Source: Antedon mediterranea (taxonomy: Eukaryota; Animalia; Echinodermata). Taken from it: DNA of 64,000 nt. The translations under genes and the position numbers were made by a program. Under the pieces are notes generated by a model. It was not told where the DNA came from. It made no database searches and worked only from the letters and a program-made list of their open reading frames with translations. Numbering within the stretch: the first letter of the stretch is position 1; the number at the start of each line of letters is the position of its first letter. Below are positions 13,578 to 25,470 of this stretch, piece after piece. The stretch is taken from assembly GCF_964355755.1 (NCBI RefSeq), contig NC_092675.1:22416912-22480911 (forward strand). The letters run 5' to 3'.

Positions 13578-14616
13578 GCGCAGCACCGTATGTAAGAAAA
13601 TTGCAGTTTGAAACACTGTCTGTATAATAGCAAGACAATGTAGATTGCCTTGATCTTAGTCATTCACTTTTGGAATTGGATTAACAAAAATATTTACCCG
13701 AGAAAAAATCTGTAATTTAAATCCAAAAAAATTGTAAAATTGGCTGTTTGCCAATAGATTTTTGTTTGAAATTAACCGTTTATTTTGTCTTTTTATAAAT
13801 AAAAGGGGTTTTTTTTCATTTCATTTTTTTTTTACACGGATGTGATTTTATTTAAACTACAAAATGGCCTATTCATTGAAATGAAGTTTTAATCTAATAT
13901 GTATAGTGGTTATTTTATCACATGATCCTTTTGTAAAATTTCAAATTAAGTTCTGATTTATTTTCATTCTCCACGAATAATGTCAACTCTAGCCATGGAT
14001 GGAATAAGATCATTCAAAATCGAATAACCATGGAATAACATTCTTAATTTCCTACTACTACTGTAAATAAGTGACAATTGTACAGTTTAGGTCCGATGGC
14101 AAAACTGGACCATGTAATAAAAACAAATCAAAATCATGTTACTTTTCTGGTCAATGTTTTGTATTTTTAATATGTATCGTTTAGAGGCAAAATAAAAGAA
14201 TTTTTAGGCCTAATTACGTGCATTCAAGTTATAATTCTCGAATTTGAAGCATACCATAAAAGACTGTTTGTCATTATCAGATTTCGTCATCTTTACCGTT
14301 TAAAATTTTATTTTCAGTAAATTTAAAATATCAAAATTTCCTATTATACCACTAGTTCCGACAGCAATATTATTATGCTTATAATAAACAAGGAGTTTGT
14401 TTGCTGTACCTTAATTTGTTTTCAATTGTGTCATAGGGACTAGAGAGCCGGAAAGTTGGTTCCTACACACCAACTAACATTAGCAAAAACTGTGCCCATT
14501 AATCCAACCTTTCCTGGCATCTTTCAAAAGAATAATGAAAGGATCCTTCAGAAATAAAAGTTCAATCTATCAAGTAACTTTTACGAATGTGTTGTTGGTA
14601 TTAGGCATATTTTATA
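13578..14616 (+). repeat. 1.04-kb direct duplication, copy 1 (partner 23655-24693)
   Basis: Almost identical from gcgcagcaccgtatg to ggcatattttata; I noticed only one substitution (gccggaaag vs gccggcaag). Confidence 0.97.
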
Positions 14617-15490
14617 TATTTGCGGGCTCCTAGATGATCAGCATGCTGTTTTGGTTCACCCTCTTTCAAAATAAAACAATTAAATAAATAGGCCTATATC
14701 ATCATTAATGGCTCGGCATATTGGTCATGTGGTAATAGATTTGACAATAGATTTGTGGTTACCATGTTGCTAGATAAAAGTCCAAATCCATTCTTACCGA
14801 TATACCATGAAAACAAGACATAGGCCTGAGGCTAATCCTCTCACAATAATTAGTTATTATAAACTTTGTCATTAGGCCTATTATTAATATTTTCATTTCA
14901 TAAGCATCCATCTATATGATGATGCACTATAATAATGTATCGTACCGGTACTTTATGAACAGTGATTGGAACCTCGAATAACTTTTTATTTTCTGTAGGC
15001 ACGTTGAATAAAAAAAACAGTAAAACAACAACGAACACATGATATTTAGATATAAACTTTTCACAATTCAAATAGAACACAGACTTAGGTCTGCATCATC
15101 TAAGTGGACTAATTGTTTTGACTGAATTCATACATGATTTAAGGTGATATGAACGTGAAACATTGCAGTATTAAAGATAGCTCGAACAGACAATGATGGA
15201 TGGAAAATAAACAATATTAACAAAGTAATATATTTAATTAAAGCAATGTCAAGTTAGTTGTATAATTATATGATTGATAACGGAGAAGGCAAACTAGGTA
15301 TTAAAAGAATAACCGATTACGTTAGATAATAAAGATTGATCCAATAATTGTTATCATGGTTTCCTTGAAGACCGCGTTCGCCCCAGGCCAACACATTCAT
15401 GAAATAATGATAGATCAATGGTATCATCTTTATCAGCACATTTTAGAATTTATACGCGCGCGTTCAAACACTAATTATTGTTATGCGCGT
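14617..15490. repeat. Left arm (part 2) of inverted duplication; partner 59089-59972
   Basis: Reverse-complement match from tatttgcgggctcctagatg to ttgttatgcgcgt; mirrored ORFs 14898-/59499+. Confidence 0.95.
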
Positions 15491-15554
15491 ACATAATGTA
15501 CATAATGTCCAATCAAATGACAGGAATTTATTTAGGTGTTATATAATACATACT

Positions 15555-15896
15555 AGAGAGTTTACGAAACACGACGGAGAGGGACGACGACGGATTACCA
15601 GTGCGCGCTGATGCGTGAAAAGCTGGTTGTCGTCCACTTTAAAAAGTTCGTTTACGATACGCGATGGGACGACGACGTCGCGTCACGCTCGGCTTGATAT
15701 GTTTGTAAACAATCATCATGGCTTCGTACAAGATGCATTAAATATCGCACTTTATGAAGATATAATTGACCCTGAGGAATATTTGCTTTTATATAATCTT
15801 AATAAAACAAATAATTTAAATGTTCAGTACAATGATTACAATAAATTTAATCTGGAATCTTACAATGACGACGAATGTAATGCGTTTTTCAGGTAA
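15555..15896 (+). mobile_element. 5'-end relic of a PIF/Harbinger-like (DDE_Tnp_4) transposon
   Basis: Terminus AGAGAGTTTACGAAACACGACG with GACGAC repeats, then peptide ALYEDIIDPEEYLLLYNLNK...YNKFNLESYNDDECNAFFR ending at a GT donor. This resembles N-termini of invertebrate Harbinger-type transposases as I recall them. Truncated. Confidence 0.6.
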
Positions 15897-15943
15897 GTCC
15901 GGGGATAAGTCACCCACAAGCCAATCATTCATCATATTACTAA

Positions 15944-18019
15944 GGAGTGTTGACAAAGTGCGAGGCAGCGAGGCACGCGAGGCAAGCGAGGCATGCGCGG
16001 CATGCGCGGCATGCCAAATATTTGTGCGAGGCATCATTTTATCATTTCCAAAAGTGCGAGGCATGCGAGGCATATAGTTTACAATTTCAAAAAGGTGCGA
16101 GGCATATCTTAACGTGCTATTATGCTATATTATAGGCCTAATAATCAATCGATACAAGCGTATCTAAATAGATTCGTGTATACACTCATCATGTTGTTTA
16201 TTTTTATGTAACGATTGTTTTTTCATTCAAGTCATATCGTGTCAAATTTTACTTTTACAAAAGTGCCCAAACTACGGTTCAAAAATCTTAACGACAGTCT
16301 TCAACTTTCGATAAACAATAGTTGTTATAGCGACACACTCATCAAATGACTGCAATGTTTGTTGGCATTTCGAGCGTGTTCACTCACATGTCTCTCGAAC
16401 ATAGCAGAGTGAAAATAATATTTTGTCACACCCCTGCGCCTAGATCCGGTAGACCCGAGAGATGGAAATTCCCTCTTTACTATTTAGCAGGTAGCGGAAT
16501 GATTCAGCCCTCAGCTCAGAGGATTGTGGTGCATTCCCCTTCTATAGCACGTGGTTTCAGCAGCAACGCACAGACTTCTCTCTGAGCGGCGTGCCAAAGA
16601 CATTTTTGACATTCCATTCTCTAGGAACAACACGTGTACCTCTCTCGCAAATAAGGTGAACAGCGATTGCCAGGACAAGTTCAATAACTGGCGGTGAATA
16701 AAAGGTAACTGATATGGCGATCCAATAACATGCCGCAAAGAAAAAAATTGCGACAGAATTCTGGAGCGAGTGTGAAAAAAGACTTACGTCCGACAATTGT
16801 AATACTAGGCCTAAAATTAAACTTTAGCTAATATGCTTAGCCCTAACCTAGATAAGAGGCCTATGTAGAAAATAATTTAATCAATTTTGATATAATAATA
16901 ATTGGTGTAATATTTAATAATGATACACTATTCCTGTTTTAGTAAGCTAGGTATATTACGAACGATTTTTATTTATTGTTGTCCATGTACGTACTAATAA
17001 ACCTGGCGCTAGTTTCCTTCGCTTGTATTTTTACTCCAAATTTGATAACTAACTTTATCGTGTGAATACCAAACCTTAGAAGTATACCTCATGAGTACTT
17101 TAATGAAAGAATCACATAAAAAGTAACAAATAAATCCTTAAATTAATGATTTTACATGCGTGTTTCTCGAACACTGTTCGCGAATTTCACTTATTCAATG
17201 TTCAATATTTTTGTTTCTATGGAGCGCCAACAGAGCAACGATAATAGAGGACTAAAACTCAGTGGAATGCGTCAATTTCTCATGCATTTATTGGTGAAAA
17301 ACACGTTTTATTTCAATATATTTGTTAATTTGTCAATAAAAATGCTGTAATATGTTACTGCTGATACTGTTCTGTTTTCAAAGAATAATAATCGATCCTA
17401 AATCAACATCACTACCTAGTCTAGACCTAGGACATCCTACTAAGGATATTATGATGAATTTTTCTATTTTATTCTTTAAAAGGTTAACGAAACCGTGTAC
17501 ATTATCAACAGTAATATTTTTCCTTACTGACAGTGACAAAATCTATTGAAATTGTACTTGATTTTCACCAAATAATGCGTTAAATATAAATGGATTCCAC
17601 AGAGTTTTTAGCCCTCTAATTAATTTTGCTCTTTTGGCGTTCCATAGAAACCAAAATATTGAACATTGAGTGTGTGAAATGCGAGAAAAACAACGTCTGT
17701 AAAATCACCAATTTAATGGATTTATTGTTACTTTTATGTGATTTTTCTTCATTAAAGTAGGCCTACTAATTCTAAGCTGTGGTATTCAGGATAAAGTTGG
17801 TTAAAATACAAGGCAGGTGCAAAAGGAAACTAGCCTAGCGGGCCTAGGCCTAGGCTACTTCAATTTCGGTGATTTCCTGCCTTGCAATTTTGAGAAATGA
17901 TAAAATGATGCCTCGCATTTTTTGATGATGGTAAAACGATGCCTCGCATAAATTTCTGACTTGCCTCGCATGCCTTCCCTGCCTCGCGTGCCTCGCTGCC
18001 TCGCACTTTGTTACTACCC
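15944..18019. mobile_element. Non-autonomous TIR DNA transposon with GCGAGGCA subterminal repeats
   Basis: Inverted ends ACAAAGTGCGAGGCAGCGAGGCACGCGAGGCA at 15953 and its reverse complement ending about 18010. Flanks attactaa/attactca are a possible imperfect target duplication. Confidence 0.8.
17005..17836. mobile_element. Nested foldback MITE with degenerate ~230-bp inverted arms
   Basis: About 17005-17235 is the reverse complement of about 17625-17836 (e.g. ttcaatatttttgtttctatggagcgccaa vs ttggcgttccatagaaaccaaaatattgaa). Confidence 0.7.
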
Positions 18020-18024
18020 ATTAC

Positions 18025-21000
18025 TCATTAAAAATTAGTAAGATAATGTCATCACTAATTGTGTATATACTATATAATTATTGCTTGGTTATAAAGAACG
18101 AGCTGCAATGAATCTTGTGGAATTAATTATGATGAATTGTAGAAGCAAGTGAATCTTTACATCAAAGAAAAATACGTTAAAATGTATTATTAAACACACT
18201 AATTAAACAGCCATATGTTTAATAGTGGAGGCAGTGTGTTGTAGTTCATTGTTACCTCTATACGCTGTTTCTAATACTAGGACCATAATACAACACGCTT
18301 TTTATATCAATGTGAAACTGTCCAAACTCTCTCTATCCAATGAATTGCATTCTGATTTGATTTGAATCACCCAACATTATTTGTTTTAGTGGTCTCTAAC
18401 CGTAAAATTAATTATGAACCTTAATTGTATTATATTATTATTCCTTCTCCTTTCCTTTTTGTAAGTAATCATGTTGTTTATTTTCTTTGTTACTTGTTAA
18501 TTCTATCAACTATGTTTTGACGTATTAATAAAGAATTGAATTTAATTGAATTAATGAAGGTAATGTGTTGTAGTTCATTGCTACGTGTGACGTTGTTTCT
18601 AATAAAGATCATGAAGTCGACAAGCTACTATCAATGAAAAACTGTTTCATACATTTTCCCCCGAAATTTATAATAATAAACCTTAATAATTTGAATCTTG
18701 AAAATGATCTACATCTTTTGTTATCTTTTTTTGTGCCATCGTGGTTTCTCTCCTCTTTAATACAGTTTGTTTCCTTCTTCTTCACTTTTTTGACCACATA
18801 ACACAATTTTTTTTACTAGCAAAAAAAAAAATAAATAAAGATTCCTTATGCATATAGATGGATTAATTCTACATAAATATTAGTATTTTCCCTCTATATT
18901 TTTTGTTAAGCTATGTTCATCATGGTAATAGTCATAGTTATCTTTTTTCTCCAATCATGTCATGTTTCGTTTCTCATAAAACATGTGCTTGAAAATGACA
19001 TTAAACGTTATATTACAAAGTGTCAGTGTCCTTTTCGAGTTTGTGTGTTTAAACACAATTCCATAACCTTATCCAGAACCTTTGTCTTAGACAAGAATTA
19101 TAGGAGAATAATCATGATCTTCTTGAAGAGTTAGAAGTACCAAAGCACACTTTTATTGTTCCTACGATAGGACCCCCTTTCTACACATTGTGTTTATTTC
19201 TTCTTCATTACTATTATCGTGTTTTTACTATTCCAATATTAATCACTTAACTATATGCTGGATTGTTGAATTCCATTTATATTGTTGTATGTGCATAGGC
19301 CCAGGGAAGAACAACAGTGAGTTGGTCTGTTCCTCTGGTTAAAATTGGAGCAAAAAATACATGCTTTTGAACAACGCATTCTCAGTCGGTTCTCGCACGG
19401 TACTATATCACATAATTATAGGTAGACTAATTATTTCGTTGTACTTCGTTGAAATATTTAAAACCTAATTTTGAGATATATATATATACCTTCTGATTCC
19501 CAGAGGTTTCACTCATTAAGCAAAGGTCTACTGAATTAGTAGTTGTAGTACTAGAAGCGGAAGAGCATGTGAGAAATAGTCTCATTGATCTAAACTTTGT
19601 AATTCGGAACTACCCTAATAATAATATAAACCGTTGTTGCCAGTCGCGTAACAAGGGCCCAGTTGGTACGAAGATAAGAATTGTCACGCTTGCTACTTTA
19701 ACGAAATACATAAGTCTCCACCACCTTAGCCCACGCATGGTGGGAGTCAACAAATGTTTAAAAATAGAGCTCACTATTTCTCAGGACCAGTCAGGTACCA
19801 TGGTTGGGGCTGGTTGGGGCTGATTAAGAACATTAAACAAAAAATAGAGCTGCTATTTTAACAAATTGAAATAATAGTCTATTTCGAAGAAGTGCCAAGC
19901 AAAAACATTATTAATCAAACCGGTTAGCATTAAATTAGACGTACGTTAAGCAAAAATTATTGACAAATTAAACTTTAGAGAATTTTTTCAGCAAATCTGG
20001 CCTTCGGTTCGCGGGTATACTACTGTCATTGGTGATGAAGGTACAGTGAATGTAATTGCTAGATCTAATTAGATTAAAGAAAGTATACGTAATATTTGCT
20101 TGTCTCAGTTCTAATGTACATCGTATTGCTAGGAACGTAGAAGGTGAAAATAGAGGAAACATGACAATTAGCAGGAAATGTGAGGAATGACGAGAATAAT
20201 ATTACATTTACTCACATCATACATTTAACCTGGGTTTACTATTTCACAATATATCCAAGTAATGAAGTTTGCATTGAATTTTACAGTAAAATGACAACCT
20301 TACATTGTGAATTCGTCATATGTTTATTAATACATTAGAGGCGAATTTAGGATTTTTCTTGAAAAGATGTCTGTTTATTAGAAGTAAATGTATCTCAGCT
20401 GTTACAAGAACAATATTAATACAGGGCCTACTTGAGCCGTGTTTATTATCCACAATAACATGTCCAAAATACATCAATAATCCAATACGACATTACAGTG
20501 ATTTAAATAGCAAAACATTTTTCATATAGTTTTATTAAAGGCCCACAAAGTAGGCCTATCGCTATTCTGTTACTACAATTACACGTAAATATCATCAAGT
20601 AAAGTTAGACTGACATAAAGCCTACATAATCATTTCTTTCAAAGCATTATGACTATTTTGTTAAATACTTTAATACATCGTTTTTATTTTGTTGAAAATG
20701 GGACCTACTTCGTATTTTAAACAAACATGAAAAAAGCAGTCGAATCTTCGCAGTTCAAAACGCTACCGAAGTCGTAGGCCTATTCATAAGGGGTGGAATA
20801 AGATCAATAACTACAATAAAATACCATTTTAAATTGTATGGATATATATACGATACATAAAAATAAATTATTTTAACTCACCAGAATATGAAATCTATAT
20901 GCAACAAGATGAGGAAATAACAGGTCTCGTATGTTATGTAGACTATATAGACGTCTTGAGAAACGTTAAGAATTCACTCTGAGCGCGTGATGATATTATA

Positions 21001-22174
21001 CTTGCAGTTATTAAAATAATAATTACCACGATGCTAGCTTAACAGTGTTATGTTCACAATTATAATGCACGCTAACATTATTATTACGGGATTTCCTTTG
21101 CAAAATTCTACCCATACGCACAGAAACAGCTCAATCCCAAACGTGTCTTACCGCTTAGAGAATAGTAAGATATCCAGCCGCATCTATACATGTGCGATCG
21201 ACTTGACTCAGATGATTTAGAACTGCTGAGCTGCAGAGATGAGCTTTTAATCAAACGCCACCTTAACGTAATTATCTTCTGTGTTTGTCTATTTTAGCTT
21301 GTAGGTTTGAATTCATAGAAATGATCCGCCCGTTTAATGAATCAGCCAATGAGAGTTCAGAATAAGCAAATAAGCTATATCTGTTGTTTCATTTTTTTGT
21401 GTTGAATTACTCCGCCATAACATGGATACAGATAATTGTATACATTGCCAGAATTATGATTTCAAATTTATCATAAGTCAAAATAGTAAGAGTAATCTTT
21501 GAATATTTTCTTCAAACTTCTATCATTAAATTACTGGCATTCATTAATAACCATTCTGTTAATAAATTGTTTTAATATAATTCATGCATCATATTAATGT
21601 AGAATTCTGATCAAACAAAAAATAACTTTTGACTTTCAAAATCAAATTATATAATTATAAAGTAAATCAATTGGGTAACTGGAAATAGTAGTCCCTAACC
21701 ATACACAATATAAACTTAAACAATAACAATAAAAATTGGTGATTTTATGAATAAACACAATTAAATTCGGTGGTGTATAAATTGGGAAGAAAACATCAAG
21801 AAGAGCAAGATTCTGACTGTCGTCTCAAATCATGGAGAAATAAGTATCAACTGATTCCTAGAAAGAACTTGGAAACGTTATTTTATCTGTTAGGAATACA
21901 AAAATTATCGCAACTCTATTATATAGAAAATAACGGGTAAAAAACTGATACCAATAGTAATGATAAATGTAAAACAAATTTAGAAATAGAATTTTTAGTA
22001 AAAATTACATTATCGAAAAACACTGTTAATTCTGCGGTAATATTCTAGAAATCATATAATAATAATATAGTCAATTACGGTGTAACGATAAAATAATTAA
22101 TATTTAATGTCCAAAATTCATATACACAAACAATTTTTCAAGTCACTATTAGTATAGTTAATTATGATAATCGT
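18025..22174. repeat. Left arm (part 1) of long inverted duplication; partner 54456-58600
   Basis: Near-identical reverse complement with scattered substitutions and small indels. The ORF track shows mirrored near-identical ORFs (19569+/56803-, 19968-/56464+, 20320+/56097-, 18609-/57821+). Confidence 0.97.
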
Positions 22175-23654
22175 ACGCTACACTACAGCAAAAACGAATT
22201 ATGTTAATTGTTCGTTTGTTCACCAATTTTTTTATTTACAAGTAACCTTCTGTACCGTGGTGGGGCACCTAAAATAAATTGTTCATCCATTACTAAACAA
22301 AAAAACATGCCATTTTCGCTTAGCCAACATTATAGCTATAGTTATTACATTTTCAATATCCTGTATGTCATGAATTTCTCACCACTCGGAAGTCCAGATG
22401 GTACGCATGCATACACCTGGGAGGAATAAACTTTTTTCCCCGACTGAAAAAGGTCTACGCTTGCGTTTTTTAAGCCTCTAGGCCTGATGTTTCCAAAGTA
22501 TAAAATGCAATTTTTTGAAGACCTGCAGCTCTAGTTTTAAACATTTTCTTAGCTCAGCCCCAACAATAAAGCTGGTCATATTTCGAAGAACAAGAAGTAC
22601 GTATTTTCCGGGACCTAACATCTCTATTTTTCAAACATTTCTTAGCTCAGTCACAACCCATGATAGGGACTTATATATTTTTTTTCATGTTTTGAAGTAT
22701 AATAAGTCCAATTTCCGGGACCTTCAACTCTATTTTTCTAAATTTTCTTTGAACTTTTATTTTTTAAATTGAAAAATATGGATTGAAACAGTCATCGCGC
22801 ATCGTTTTTTTGCACGCAGTATTTTATTTAGGCCCTATGCATTATAAAAAATGGAAAAAATGGTTACCCTAAATCTGATTAAAAAGACCTCAAATGACGC
22901 TAGAACGCGTTGCTTCCGGCCCTTGGCGGCCCCTGGCCCTCAGCCTAGTGATGCTCGCTTCGCTCGCATAGCCCCCCTCGTCGGGGAATGCAGCCACCTG
23001 GCGCCACCCCTGCTGAGTTGGCCTCATCACGAAAGCGTTAAGTTCTGGTGTCCATCGTTCAACTAGCCCAAGCCACAACAGAGAGTCTTACATCAGTCTT
23101 TAGAACGTCAAATAACGCAAATTTGACCGGGGGCCCTTGGCGGCCCCCTGGCCCCCAGCCATTGTTGCTCGCTTCGCTCGCACGCCCCCCCCCCCCCCCA
23201 TTATAAATGCTGCATACGGGCCTGGTTTCAGACAGGACGCTATTTCTTCTCACTACCGTTCTCAAATTTAACGCTACGGTGAGTCTCAAATTTCTGCGCA
23301 TGCGTGGATCACATTTCGGTTCAAATTACCGTACTGAACTACTTCCGTACTACAACGAATAAGGCCTAATACAGATTAACGTACAGCAATAGTATTTTAG
23401 GATAGATAATTCATTACACAGTCTTTATAAACAAGGAAAACAGCAAAGTGACCCATATGATTTTACCTGTAGTAATAACATTTGAGATAAAACGAATGTC
23501 ATCATATCATTCTCCTCTAATTCACGCCTTGAATACATGATTAAAAGAACGCGACATATTGACGATAATTATTATACAACCGATTCAGATTATGCGCAAC
23601 AGACAATTAACCTATAGTTTACTGTCTATGTATTGAAGCACCAGTATTGCGCAC

Positions 23655-24693
23655 GCGCAGCACCGTATGTAAGAAAATTGCAGTTTGAAACACTGTCTGT
23701 ATAATAGCAAGACAATGTAGATTGCCTTGATCTTAGTCATTCACTTTTGGAATTGGATTAACAAAAATATTTACCCGAGAAAAAATCTGTAATTTAAATC
23801 CAAAAAAATTGTAAAATTGGCTGTTTGCCAATAGATTTTTGTTTGAAATTAACCGTTTATTTTGTCTTTTTATAAATAAAAGGGGTTTTTTTTCATTTCA
23901 TTTTTTTTTTACACGGATGTGATTTTATTTAAACTACAAAATGGCCTATTCATTGAAATGAAGTTTTAATCTAATATGTATAGTGGTTATTTTATCACAT
24001 GATCCTTTTGTAAAATTTCAAATTAAGTTCTGATTTATTTTCATTCTCCACGAATAATGTCAACTCTAGCCATGGATGGAATAAGATCATTCAAAATCGA
24101 ATAACCATGGAATAACATTCTTAATTTCCTACTACTACTGTAAATAAGTGACAATTGTACAGTTTAGGTCCGATGGCAAAACTGGACCATGTAATAAAAA
24201 CAAATCAAAATCATGTTACTTTTCTGGTCAATGTTTTGTATTTTTAATATGTATCGTTTAGAGGCAAAATAAAAGAATTTTTAGGCCTAATTACGTGCAT
24301 TCAAGTTATAATTCTCGAATTTGAAGCATACCATAAAAGACTGTTTGTCATTATCAGATTTCGTCATCTTTACCGTTTAAAATTTTATTTTCAGTAAATT
24401 TAAAATATCAAAATTTCCTATTATACCACTAGTTCCGACAGCAATATTATTATGCTTATAATAAACAAGGAGTTTGTTTGCTGTACCTTAATTTGTTTTC
24501 AATTGTGTCATAGGGACTAGAGAGCCGGCAAGTTGGTTCCTACACACCAACTAACATTAGCAAAAACTGTGCCCATTAATCCAACCTTTCCTGGCATCTT
24601 TCAAAAGAATAATGAAAGGATCCTTCAGAAATAAAAGTTCAATCTATCAAGTAACTTTTACGAATGTGTTGTTGGTATTAGGCATATTTTATA
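23655..24693 (+). repeat. 1.04-kb direct duplication, copy 2 (partner 13578-14616)
   Basis: Same sequence as 13578-14616. Confidence 0.97.
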
Positions 24694-25470
24694 CTACTAC
24701 TACTGTAAATTATATTCTTAAAAATGGTTACTTTGACTTGAAGTTGACGGCTTGAATAAAGCTTTAAAGAAAGTTTACGGGTGGAAACCTCACAACATAG
24801 ACCATACATATTTAACATGAGCTTTCTAACTCAAGTTATTAGACTGGTAGTAACTACGAATTAAAACTTATATTATAAAAAAGCTAAGATTTGAACCAGG
24901 ACTAAAGGATTGAAAACCGACCAACTTTCTGTTCTATACAAACATATTATATTTAACTATAAAAATCACCCCAATATAGGTGAATCAAATTACAACTAAC
25001 CATTACAACTCCCTGAACTAACCAACTCAGGAAATGTGTAACAATTTATAACTGTACTCCATGATTTACACTGAAATTATATATTATTTACAATAATAAA
25101 CAAAATGGGGTCATTTAATTAAAAATGATAAGGCAAAAATCCTTTGCTTTGATTGGACATAGGGAAGATATACCCTACACGAATACATTTCCATTATATT
25201 CAAATTCAATTTTTAAATGTAACATTTGAGAAAAGTTTATAGGCAAATTTCTATTTTTTTTAAATGACCGATTAAATTAAACATTTTGATTTTTTTGGAT
25301 TAAAATATAGTTATACTACATGTACTAACATAAATTTGACTATTATATTGTTTTTAACACCTTTAATGTGTCTTTGGAAGAATACAATATGGTTATTGAA
25401 CAGGACTGTCGCCCATTTATGAATGAGATAATCCACATTCAACTTTACATTTAACCATATGCATAGTGTT

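Noticed and set aside
15816-16135. ORFs with HARHARHA and ACAACAAC repeats
   Set aside because: Translations of transposon subterminal GCGAGGCA repeats.
16557-16796. FYSPPVIELV...RGTRVVPREW, faintly like a DIRS-element methyltransferase-like motif
   Set aside because: Too short and weak to call by eye, with no supporting RT or recombinase nearby.
18609-20529. Short ORFs conserved between the two arms
   Set aside because: Their identity reflects recent duplication. They have no recognisable domains and an AT-rich random-like composition.
13578-24693. LTR retrotransposon reading of the 1-kb direct repeats about 10 kb apart
   Set aside because: No TG...CA ends, primer-binding site, target duplication or gag/pol remnants; the interior is a copy of local sequence.
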